Origin: a virus
Taxonomy: Duplodnaviria > Caudoviricetes
Length of the DNA: 63,081 bases
Virus record (IMG/VR): IMGVR_UViG_3300024187_000008
Coordinates: 1-63,081 of that record
Strand: one strand, 5' to 3'
Below are positions 1 to 7,263 of the stretch, piece after piece (within the stretch, counting starts at the first letter, position 1; each line of letters begins with the position of its first letter). A program made the position numbers and the translations under genes. A model generated the notes under the pieces. That model was not told the origin of the DNA, did no database searches, and saw nothing but the letters and a program-made list of their open reading frames with translations.

Positions 1-126
1 GAGCGTCGTCGCCGACATCCTGTGGTGCGTGCTCAAGCCCGTTGCCGAGATGGCCCGCCGCTACGGTGGCCGCCTCGTGACCACGGTGCACGACTCGATC
101 CTCATCTGCGTCCCGGCGGCTGTCCG
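1..126. repeat. Terminal direct repeat (circular-assembly overlap), left copy
   Basis: 1-126 is identical to 62949-63074; the last 7 nt of the window match 129-135 after a 2-nt gap. The repeat lies inside the DNA polymerase CDS, implying a circular/permuted unit genome of 62948 bp. Confidence 0.95.
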
Positions 127-280
127 CGAAGCGGCGGCTCTGGAGATGCAGCAGATCATGCAGCAGAAGTTCCACTGCGTCCGCAAGAACTTCTACATCC
201 CGGTCACGCTGGAGTTGGGCAACCCCGGCCAGTCGTGGGGCGAGTTGTCGTCCTGGGAGCCGGTCGCGGAGGCCGCGTGA
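2..280 (+). CDS. polA: Family A DNA polymerase, C-terminal part (continues from 60760 across the circular join)
   Basis: In frame with the CDS at the window end; contains motif C TTVHDSILI and a C-terminal G.SWGE, stop TGA at 278-280. Confidence 0.92.
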   Translation, partial: SVVADILWCVLKPVAEMARRYGGRLVTTVHDSILICVPAAVREAAALEMQQIMQQKFHCVRKNFYIPVTLELGNPGQSWGELSSWEPVAEAA

Positions 281-324
281 AGATCGCATGGTGGGACATG
301 TTCCCCGAAGATAAGGAGATTCAG

Positions 325-1218
325 ATGGACCCGAACAAGCCCGAGCCGGCGCCGAAGGGCACCGGACGTGAAGTCACCCCGCTCGTCATCAAGGACCTCG
401 AACTGAGGTCGAAGATGGGCAAGGAGAAGTACGGCGAGACGCTGCGCGCCTTCAACGGCCGCAACGCTCTCGTGGATGCGTACCAGGAGGCGCTCGATCT
501 CGTGCAGTACCTCCGCCAGTTGCTCGAAGAGCAGGCCACCACGGTCGTGCCCACCCAGGTGAAGCCCGAGCCGACGCGCATCGAGGGCATCAGTCCTTGG
601 GATGACGCGATGAACCCGAACCCGGATCGTCAGACGGCTCGCGAGTTTCTGGGACGGCGTCAGAACGCCATCGACCGTGAACTCCTGTCGGAGGCTATCG
701 AGCGAGACGGCACTGCCGACCGGATGACGGCCAGCGAGTATATGGCCCGTCGTCAGGAGCAGGAGGCGAAGGCCAACCAGGAGGGCCTGAGCAAACCGGT
801 GTCCGACATCTCGAAGAGCATCGCCGAGAGCGACAAGTTCTTCACGGCGGCGGCGGGAATGGCGGCTCTCTGGGCGAATCCCAACGTCACGGCGGCTCCC
901 GAGTCGATCGCGCAGGAGGCTCACCGCCTCGTGCTCGGCGACCGGGGTGAGGCGTACGGGCACCCGATCTTCGATATGACGAGGAGCGCAGATATGCTGA
1001 CCGCCCTCCTGCGCGACAAGCTGCGCTCGGGCGTGCGGCTGGAGGCCGAGGACATCGGGCAGGCAATGGTGTGCGTGAAGCAGTCGCGCCAGCGCAACAA
1101 GGCGAAGCGCGACAACCTGACCGACACGGCCGGCTACGCGCTCACCCTGCAAATGATCGCCGAGTGGCGTGAGGCGCACCCCGGGGTGGACCCGCGTGAC
1201 GTGTTCCCCGGGCAGTAG
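325..1218 (+). CDS. Two-domain putative nucleotide pyrophosphohydrolase-related protein (N-terminal MazG-like helical domain, C-terminal DUF6378-like domain)
   Basis: RBS AAGGAG at 313-318 before ATG 325 (alternative GTG 277). N-terminal R..MG.EKYG..L....ALVDAYQEALDLVQYL; C-terminal GDRGEAYGHP...MVCVKQSR...RDNLTDTAGYA, typical of DUF6378. Confidence 0.6.
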   Translation: MDPNKPEPAPKGTGREVTPLVIKDLELRSKMGKEKYGETLRAFNGRNALVDAYQEALDLVQYLRQLLEEQATTVVPTQVKPEPTRIEGISPWDDAMNPNPDRQTAREFLGRRQNAIDRELLSEAIERDGTADRMTASEYMARRQEQEAKANQEGLSKPVSDISKSIAESDKFFTAAAGMAALWANPNVTAAPESIAQEAHRLVLGDRGEAYGHPIFDMTRSADMLTALLRDKLRSGVRLEAEDIGQAMVCVKQSRQRNKAKRDNLTDTAGYALTLQMIAEWREAHPGVDPRDVFPGQ

Positions 1219-1294
1219 ATGCAAGAGTGGGCGGGGGACCTGCCCGCGTTCTCCTGTCCTGGGCTCGCGCTGCGTGCTCCACGGGACGAGGCGC

Positions 1295-1558
1295 ATGGCG
1301 GGCCTCCGCCACATCTACGGTACCAAGTGGTACCACAAGATCGAGAAGACGTTCACGATGGCGCTGGAAGTCCGGTACGACCTGATCGTGTCCGGGCTCC
1401 CGGTGCCGACTGCCGAAGAGTTCGTGCGGGCGATCTACCCTCGCGGCCTCGGGCACATCCTGTCCCTCACGAGCGTCGTGCGGGTCATCGACAAGAGGGC
1501 ACATGAAAGTGCAAACGCAAGCGATCCAGGTCGCGCTGCTCAAGAACTCCCCGGGTAA
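1295..1558 (+). CDS. Hypothetical protein
   Basis: GC3-rich frame from ATG 1295 (MAGLRHIYG...), preceded by GAGG. Confidence 0.5.
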   Translation: MAGLRHIYGTKWYHKIEKTFTMALEVRYDLIVSGLPVPTAEEFVRAIYPRGLGHILSLTSVVRVIDKRAHESANASDPGRAAQELPG

Positions 1559-1730
1559 GTGGGACGTGGCGGTCATCATCAACGGCAAGTTCGTGGGCTC
1601 CCTCGGTGGGGCGAACCCGGTGGACCTCATCGCCTCAGCACTCAGCGTCCACATGCAGATGACGGGCGCCCCGGAAGGCAGCGAGATTCTCGTCAACGTC
1701 ACGACCGAGCGCCCAGGAGCCGAGGGATGA
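1503..1730 (+). CDS. Hypothetical protein
   Basis: Normal codon usage; stop overlaps the next start (ATGA). Confidence 0.65.
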   Translation: MKVQTQAIQVALLKNSPGKWDVAVIINGKFVGSLGGANPVDLIASALSVHMQMTGAPEGSEILVNVTTERPGAEG

Positions 1731-2194
1731 CCGACCCGATCCTGAAGGCACAACTCGTGCGCGACGAGGGCCGGGACAACAAGTCCTACCTCGACAGCGA
1801 GGGCTTCTGGACGGTCGGGATTGGCCACTACCTGGGGCTCGAACGCCGGATTCTCTGGCTGACCGATGAAGAGGTCGAAGCCTTCTACACGGCTGACGTG
1901 GCCGAGGCGATGGCGATCGTCTTCAACATCTGGCCCGAGCTTGGTGCCCGTGAGGGCAAGAGCTTCGAGTTGTGGGCTGACGCCAACGGCCCCGTCTACC
2001 GTGCGCTCGTGAACATGGCGTTCAACCTCGGCGAGACGAAGCTGCGCGAGTTCAAGAAGTTCCGCGCGGCCGTGTCGGCGTACAACTGGAACACGGCGGC
2101 CGTCGAGATGATGGACAGCAAGTGGGCGAAGCAGGTTGGCGCGCGTGCCACGCGGCTGCGTGACCAGATCAGAACCGGAAAGGATGTAGTATGA
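1727..2194 (+). CDS. Endolysin, T4-like/GH24 lysozyme
   Basis: LVRDEG..SYLDSEGFWTVGIGH (E-x8-D-x5-T catalytic triad), ALVNMAFNLG, AAVEMMDSKWAKQVG.RA.RL. Confidence 0.92.
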   Translation: MTDPILKAQLVRDEGRDNKSYLDSEGFWTVGIGHYLGLERRILWLTDEEVEAFYTADVAEAMAIVFNIWPELGAREGKSFELWADANGPVYRALVNMAFNLGETKLREFKKFRAAVSAYNWNTAAVEMMDSKWAKQVGARATRLRDQIRTGKDVV

Positions 2195-2598
2195 AGGTAG
2201 CATTTGACCTCGATGGAACCCTCGACCGGCCCGCCGTGCGCGACCTCGCGTTGGCGCTGCTGGCTGCGGGACACGAGGTGCACATCGTCTCCGGCTGCTT
2301 CCTCGAAGCCGGTGACTGGCAGGACGAGACGGCCAAGCTGGAGAAGCTGGTGCGGCTCGGGCTCGCGCAGGCTGGCCCGACGCCCGGGAAGTTCAAGCTC
2401 CCCGAGAACCTCCGCATCATGATCCTCGAAGCGGTCAGCCATATCGAGTTCGACCGCGACTACCGGCTCGCGGACCTGGGCCTCCGCAAGGGCGCCTACC
2501 TGGAGAAGAACGGGATCAGCCTCATGTTCGACGACAGCGAACTCTACTGCAAGCTGATGCCGGCGTACTGTGGGGCGCAGATCGCGAGGATCGTGTGA
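2191..2598 (+). CDS. HAD-superfamily phosphatase (capless; polynucleotide 3'-phosphatase/nucleotidase-like)
   Basis: Motif I FDLDGTL, motif II IVSG, conserved K, motif IV MFDDS. Confidence 0.8.
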   Translation: MKVAFDLDGTLDRPAVRDLALALLAAGHEVHIVSGCFLEAGDWQDETAKLEKLVRLGLAQAGPTPGKFKLPENLRIMILEAVSHIEFDRDYRLADLGLRKGAYLEKNGISLMFDDSELYCKLMPAYCGAQIARIV

Positions 2599-2783
2599 GC
2601 CGGGGGCATTACCGCATCGACATCAGCACGTACACCACGGTCACCCTGTGGTCGCTCAGTCTTCGCTTCAACAACGACTGGGAGTGGTTCACTCACTCGT
2701 GGATCGTCAACCGTCCGCCAGTGTACTCGTACACCGCGTGGTGGCTGCGGCTCGGCCCGATCGCGATCGCGTGGAGGTGGTAG
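2595..2783 (+). CDS. Small Trp-rich hypothetical protein
   Basis: Fills the gap between overlapping start/stop codons. Confidence 0.55.
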   Translation: MSRGHYRIDISTYTTVTLWSLSLRFNNDWEWFTHSWIVNRPPVYSYTAWWLRLGPIAIAWRW

Positions 2784-3332
2784 ATGAAGCGTAAGCTGCT
2801 CGTAGTGGACACCGAGACCGGCGGGCTCGACCCGTCGATCCACCCGATCGTCTCCATCGCCGCGCTCGTCTACCACGAGGGCGCCGTGATCGACCAGCTT
2901 CACGAGGTCATCAACGAGGGGCCGGGCGTCCTTCAGGACCCCGAGGCGCAGGCCATCCACGGGATCGACGCCAGCCGAGGGAAGTCTCCCCTCCAGGTGG
3001 TCATGGCGATCGAGGCGATGCTCCAGAAGCACGACATGCGCTCGCGCGTGACGATCTGCGCCCACAACGCGGCGTTCGACGTGGGCTTCATGAAGCGGCT
3101 CTGGTTCCACGCTGGCAAGAACTTCGAGAAGACGTTCGACTACCGGCACCTCTGCACGCAGACGGGCGCGCTCCTGCTCGAACAGGCGGGGCGGCTCACA
3201 CTACCGGGCGGCTCGGCGTCCCTGAGCACGCTGACGAAGATGTGGAACATCCCGATCCACGAGCACGATGCGCTGTCCGACGCGCTCGCGACCGTGGCGG
3301 TGCTGAAGAAGGAACTGGCGCTGTTGAGGTAG
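2784..3332 (+). CDS. DEDDh 3'-5' exonuclease (DnaQ/RNase T-like)
   Basis: ExoI VVDTETGG, ExoII AHNAAFD, ExoIII HDALSDA. Confidence 0.9.
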   Translation: MKRKLLVVDTETGGLDPSIHPIVSIAALVYHEGAVIDQLHEVINEGPGVLQDPEAQAIHGIDASRGKSPLQVVMAIEAMLQKHDMRSRVTICAHNAAFDVGFMKRLWFHAGKNFEKTFDYRHLCTQTGALLLEQAGRLTLPGGSASLSTLTKMWNIPIHEHDALSDALATVAVLKKELALLR

Positions 3333-3462
3333 CGGCCGGGGTAGCGCCCCGGATGATGTGGCGAGCACGGAAGTATGGCCCTGGCTAGTGCGCGGGCGAA
3401 CCCACAGAGAATGGCCGGCAAGTGCGCGAGCACGTCGAACGCCGGTAGAGCCCGACCAATGT

Positions 3463-3537
3463 CGCGGGGTAGCTCAGTGGTAGAGCGCCGGACTCATAAT
3501 CCGGTGGTCGCGGGTTCGATTCCCGCCCCCGCCACCA
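3463..3537 (+). tRNA. tRNA with CAT anticodon (Met; fMet/Ile2 identity uncertain), CCA encoded
   Basis: Cloverleaf: acceptor CGCGGGG/CCCCGCC, D arm GCTC-AGTGGTA-GAGC, anticodon arm CCGGA-CTCATAA-TCCGG, T arm GCGGG-TTCGATT-CCCGC, ACCA end. Confidence 0.95.
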
Positions 3538-3541
3538 AGCA

Positions 3542-3609
3542 GCACGGAGGTGGGGGTTCGACTCCCCTCGGTCCCGGTGGCCGTGGTGTAGATGGACAGC
3601 ACACCGTGC
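3542..3609 (+). ncRNA. Circularly permuted tRNA-like RNA (3' half precedes 5' half; YrlA/Y-RNA-like topology)
   Basis: GCACGG(3542-47) + AGGT + T arm GGGGG-TTCGACT-CCCCT + acceptor CGGTCCC-G-GTGGCCG + TG + D arm GTGT-AGATGGACA-GCAC + A + CCGTGC(3604-09) pairing back to 3542-47. Confidence 0.75.
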
Positions 3610-3623
3610 GTTGTAGATACACG

Positions 3624-3661
3624 AAAGGCCGACATCCCTTTGCGGGGGTGCCGGCCTTTTT
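3624..3661. terminator. Intrinsic terminator at the convergence of the two transcription arms (probably bidirectional)
   Basis: AAAGGCCG..ATCCC-loop-GGGGGTG.CGGCCTTTTT hairpin with a T tract on + and an A tract on the 5' side. Confidence 0.85.
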
Positions 3662-3665
3662 GCGT

Positions 3666-3770
3666 TTACATCCGCTTGATGACGATCCCTGCTCCAGCCG
3701 CGAGGCCGGCGCCAACTGCCGCCGCCTTCAGCCCGAGAATCAGGATGTCCAACAGCATCCAGAGAATCAT
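3666..3770 (-). CDS. Small membrane peptide (34 aa)
   Basis: MILWMLLDILILGLKAAAVGAG..., hydrophobic, GGAGG RBS upstream. Confidence 0.55.
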   Translation of the reverse strand: MILWMLLDILILGLKAAAVGAGLAAGAGIVIKRM

Positions 3771-3778
3771 GGTGCCTC

Positions 3779-4039
3779 CTACGCTGACGTGTCCTTGTAC
3801 GTGCGCTTGCGCCGGCCCGGGAGGACCTGTGCGCCGTTGAGAACGGGGCGGCCACCGTAGCCTTCCGCCCGCTCCTTGTTCTGCTGCAACTTCTGCCCGA
3901 TCTGCGCCACGCCCTGCTTGATGGCGCGGCCGAAGAGGGACAGCGTGGACTCCTGGGGCTTCATCGCTTCCTGCGACTGCGCGATCTGCTCGCGCTCCTT
4001 CGCGAGCTTCGTCGGGTCGCTGCGCTTGTAGGCTGCCAT
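3779..4039 (-). CDS. Small basic hypothetical protein
   Basis: MAAYKRSDPTK...; start overlaps the holin stop. Confidence 0.65.
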   Translation of the reverse strand: MAAYKRSDPTKLAKEREQIAQSQEAMKPQESTLSLFGRAIKQGVAQIGQKLQQNKERAEGYGGRPVLNGAQVLPGRRKRTYKDTSA

Positions 4040-4461
4040 TAGCGGTTGCCCTCCGCGCCCTGCACCTTCTCGAACGTGCGGAGCCCGGCCATGCCGAGCA
4101 TCCCGAGCAGGATCGGCGACAGGGTCGCCATGTCCACGACGGGCGCGACGAACGGGTGGCCGTGGAACATCCCCACGAGGGAGATGACCAGGGACACCGC
4201 AGGGCCGGCAACGTATGCCATCGCGAGCCCGGCTGCGCACACCCAACCGACAGCGGGGCGCCAGCCGGAGATGAAGCGGTCGGGGGAGGCCGCCTCGATC
4301 TCGTTGATCTTGGCCTGCATCGCCATCGCTTGGAGTTCGCCGCTCTGCTCCAACTCGGCGAGCTTCTGGATCGCGGCGGCCTTCGCGGCGGGGTCGGGGA
4401 TGACGCGCTCGATTACCTTCCCCGCGAGGTCGAGGATCGAGCCGATGAGTGGGAGTGGCAT
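4039..4461 (-). CDS. Holin (3TM GTA-holin-like family)
   Basis: GWRPAVGWVC...LLGMLGMAGLRTFEK signature with TM segments. Confidence 0.85.
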   Translation of the reverse strand: MPLPLIGSILDLAGKVIERVIPDPAAKAAAIQKLAELEQSGELQAMAMQAKINEIEAASPDRFISGWRPAVGWVCAAGLAMAYVAGPAVSLVISLVGMFHGHPFVAPVVDMATLSPILLGMLGMAGLRTFEKVQGAEGNR

Positions 4462-4462
4462 G

Positions 4463-4714
4463 CTACCTCCGGCGCTCGATCAGTCGGTCGAGCTTGTCGT
4501 TCATGGACTTCTGGCCTTCCTTGATGTCCTTCAGGTCGTCCTTCATGCCGTCCACCTTCGTCTGCACGACGGCGATCTCGGCGGTGTGACGGTTCTCGGT
4601 GGCGGTGGACCACGTTGCCCAGGCTACGGCGCCTGTGAGGATGGTGCCGAACACTGCCTGGAGCAGCCACATGGGGACCTTCTCGATGCTGCGCGACAGT
4701 GCGTTGTGGGTCAT
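4463..4714 (-). CDS. Small TM + coiled-coil protein (lysis-associated?)
   Basis: N-terminal TM helix followed by a heptad-rich tail; adjacent to the holin. Confidence 0.6.
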   Translation of the reverse strand: MTHNALSRSIEKVPMWLLQAVFGTILTGAVAWATWSTATENRHTAEIAVVQTKVDGMKDDLKDIKEGQKSMNDKLDRLIERRR

Positions 4715-7260
4715 TTCTTCTCCATCGCCTGCTTGTTCGCCTCGATGCGGGCGCGGTTGGCCTCGACGTTCGGAGCGGGTGGTTTGTAGCCGGCCGCGCG
4801 TTCGCGCTTCATCTGCTGCTGAAGACGTTGCATCTCGGCGACGGCGTCCTTGAGGTTCTTCTTCGCGTCGAGCACTTGGTCCGGGGTCCCGTTCCGCATG
4901 CTCCAGCGCATCGACTTCTTCGCGTCCTGGATCGCCATCCGCGCCTTCTGGAGGTCGGCGTCGATGAGGGCAGGACCACGGTGCTTGGGCTTCGCGAAGC
5001 TGGCGCCGGACGCCTCGGTGAGGAACGTCTTTGCTCCCTCGCCTGGGCCGTACGTCTGGCCGCGCTCGATCGACTTCGTGATGATGCGCGAGGCGGGGAC
5101 CGTCCGGTTGAGCATGTCCTCCGGGGTCATCTTCTTCCCGGTGAGTTCCGACTTCTGGGTCGCCAGTTCCTTCAGCATCGTCGGGAGCACGAGCATGTCG
5201 CCCAGGCTCTTCTGCATCTGGGCACCCGTGTCCTGAACGAACTTCACCGGGGTGTCGCGGCCCTGGACAACGCGACCCACGCGCTCCGGGAGGTTGGCGA
5301 GTCCAAGCATCTGGGTCACCTGCTCGGGTACGAAGTACTTGAAGCGGAGCACGACGGGGTTGCCATCCACGTCACGCTGCGGCTGGCCGGGGTCTTCCTG
5401 GCTGCCGAGGATGACGTGTGGCAGGTTGCGCTCCTCGGGTGCGAGCGCGTCCTCGACCTGCTTGTAGGCGTCGTTCTGCGTGTTCCACATCCACATGGCC
5501 GCCGGCACTGCCGACAGACCGAGTGCGATGCGGGCCTTGGGGCCGGCCGTCCGTGCACCCGCCATCTCCAAGAACCGGGCAGTGGCTAGACCCATGTACT
5601 GGATGAACGGGTCCATGACCTTGATGATCGGGAAGCTCGCTGCCCTCGGTGCGCCCGCTCCATAGCGGAACGTAATATCACGTCCGACTCGCCCAAACTG
5701 TGACCAGTCACCAGTGCGGTCAACAGCCTCCAGGCCAGCAGCAATCCGAGGAGCAACCTCAGTAGCGAGCCGGTCAGCTTCGAGCGTATGCTTCGTCTTG
5801 GTCCAGTAGTTGGCATGGTTGGTCTCCACCTGCGGATAGAGCCGCGCCAGATCGGGCGGCAGTTCGCGGGTGGTACCCGCCATCTGTTCGGCCACGGTGC
5901 CGGAGGTCATGCCCTGGCGGACGGCTTCGTCCCACAGGTCCACCTCTTTGCCGTGGAGCTTCACGCGGATGCGGCCCTTGCCGAAGGCGCCCTTGTAGGC
6001 TGCCTCCGTGCCCTTGCCCATCCACTTCAGGATACCGAGCGCGTGCGACTTGCCCTCGCCTGGGAATACCATGGCGGTTGCGAGGTCACCAACGCGGTTG
6101 ACGTTCGTGTTCTTCGGGTTGTAGACGGTCAGGTTCTTCATGAGCCCGAGCGCCATGCGGTAGAGCTTGTTCTCTTCACCCTTGAGCCGGCGCGGATGGA
6201 AGTGGTCGATCGCGTCCGCGACCTCCGCCGGCATCACGTAGCCGTTCGTGTTCAGCTTGCCCTTGGGATCGAGAGCCGCGAGGGAGCCCCCGAGGAAGTG
6301 TCCCTCGGGCGACTTCAGGGTGGCGCCGAACCCGCCGGGCACGGGCCGCACGACGCGGACGTTCGACGGGAGGTTCTCGATGAGGTTGCCATCGGCATCG
6401 GTGAAGCGATCGGTCAGGTTGACCTTCGGGTCACTGAGCAGGTTGACGAACGCCTCGTGCTCGGACACCTTCGCGAGGTACTGGCGCCGGACGCCACGCA
6501 GAAGCTCGGGCAGGTCCGTCTCGCGGGGCGCCGACCCACCCTGGCGCTTCCGCTGCGCCGGGAGAATCGCGTCCTTGGCCGCCTGCTCGTCATCGCCCAT
6601 GTACGAGGCGAGCGCCTCGGCGGTCGTGTTGAGCCGGCGGATCGGGGTGTAGTCGTTGAGGTAGCGGTCCTTCGCGATCCAGTTCCGGTCGGCCATGTCG
6701 TTGAACTGCTCGTCGAGGCCGCCACGGATGTTCTGGAGGGTGGCCTGGACTTCCGGGTCCGCGTCCACCTTCGCTTGCAGCTTGTTGAGCGCGTCACGCC
6801 ACACGTCGATGTGGATGTCGCGGATGTGCTCCTTGCCGTACCGCTCGGCCTGTGCGACTTCGTCGGCCGTGGTGAGGTAGTCGCTGACCAGAGTGTTCTG
6901 GTTGACCGGGTCACGCTGGAGCGGCTTGTACCAGTCGGCCACGTCCAGGTCCGCCACGTTGTGCGCGGCCTGCGAGCCCGAGCGACCCTTGAACATGGTC
7001 TCTTCGGTAGCCTTAGAGACGCCCGGGTCGGGGCGGACGAACGACTCCGCCAGCCGACGCAGGCCCATGATCTTCTCGGTGGTGGTCTGAGGCGCCGTGT
7101 TCACCGTGGTTCGCACCGCCTTGCGGACGGGCTCCGGCCCCGGGAACTGGCCCCCCGGGCGCTCGACGACAAGTTCCCTCGGAGGGGTCTCGATCGCCGG
7201 CTTACGGAGCGCCTCGACGCCTTCCATCACGCCCTTGAAGATCGGTTCGAGATTCGCCAT
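4711..7260 (-). CDS. Large internal virion/DNA ejection protein (849 aa)
   Basis: Long alpha-helical ORF at the end of the podovirus-type morphogenesis block; call is positional inference. Confidence 0.6.
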   Translation of the reverse strand: MANLEPIFKGVMEGVEALRKPAIETPPRELVVERPGGQFPGPEPVRKAVRTTVNTAPQTTTEKIMGLRRLAESFVRPDPGVSKATEETMFKGRSGSQAAHNVADLDVADWYKPLQRDPVNQNTLVSDYLTTADEVAQAERYGKEHIRDIHIDVWRDALNKLQAKVDADPEVQATLQNIRGGLDEQFNDMADRNWIAKDRYLNDYTPIRRLNTTAEALASYMGDDEQAAKDAILPAQRKRQGGSAPRETDLPELLRGVRRQYLAKVSEHEAFVNLLSDPKVNLTDRFTDADGNLIENLPSNVRVVRPVPGGFGATLKSPEGHFLGGSLAALDPKGKLNTNGYVMPAEVADAIDHFHPRRLKGEENKLYRMALGLMKNLTVYNPKNTNVNRVGDLATAMVFPGEGKSHALGILKWMGKGTEAAYKGAFGKGRIRVKLHGKEVDLWDEAVRQGMTSGTVAEQMAGTTRELPPDLARLYPQVETNHANYWTKTKHTLEADRLATEVAPRIAAGLEAVDRTGDWSQFGRVGRDITFRYGAGAPRAASFPIIKVMDPFIQYMGLATARFLEMAGARTAGPKARIALGLSAVPAAMWMWNTQNDAYKQVEDALAPEERNLPHVILGSQEDPGQPQRDVDGNPVVLRFKYFVPEQVTQMLGLANLPERVGRVVQGRDTPVKFVQDTGAQMQKSLGDMLVLPTMLKELATQKSELTGKKMTPEDMLNRTVPASRIITKSIERGQTYGPGEGAKTFLTEASGASFAKPKHRGPALIDADLQKARMAIQDAKKSMRWSMRNGTPDQVLDAKKNLKDAVAEMQRLQQQMKRERAAGYKPPAPNVEANRARIEANKQAMEKK

Positions 7261-7263
7261 GGA

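Noticed and set aside
3375-3860. ORFs overlapping the tRNA region
   Set aside because: They overlap the tRNA, the tRNA-like RNA and the terminator, and their composition is not protein-like.
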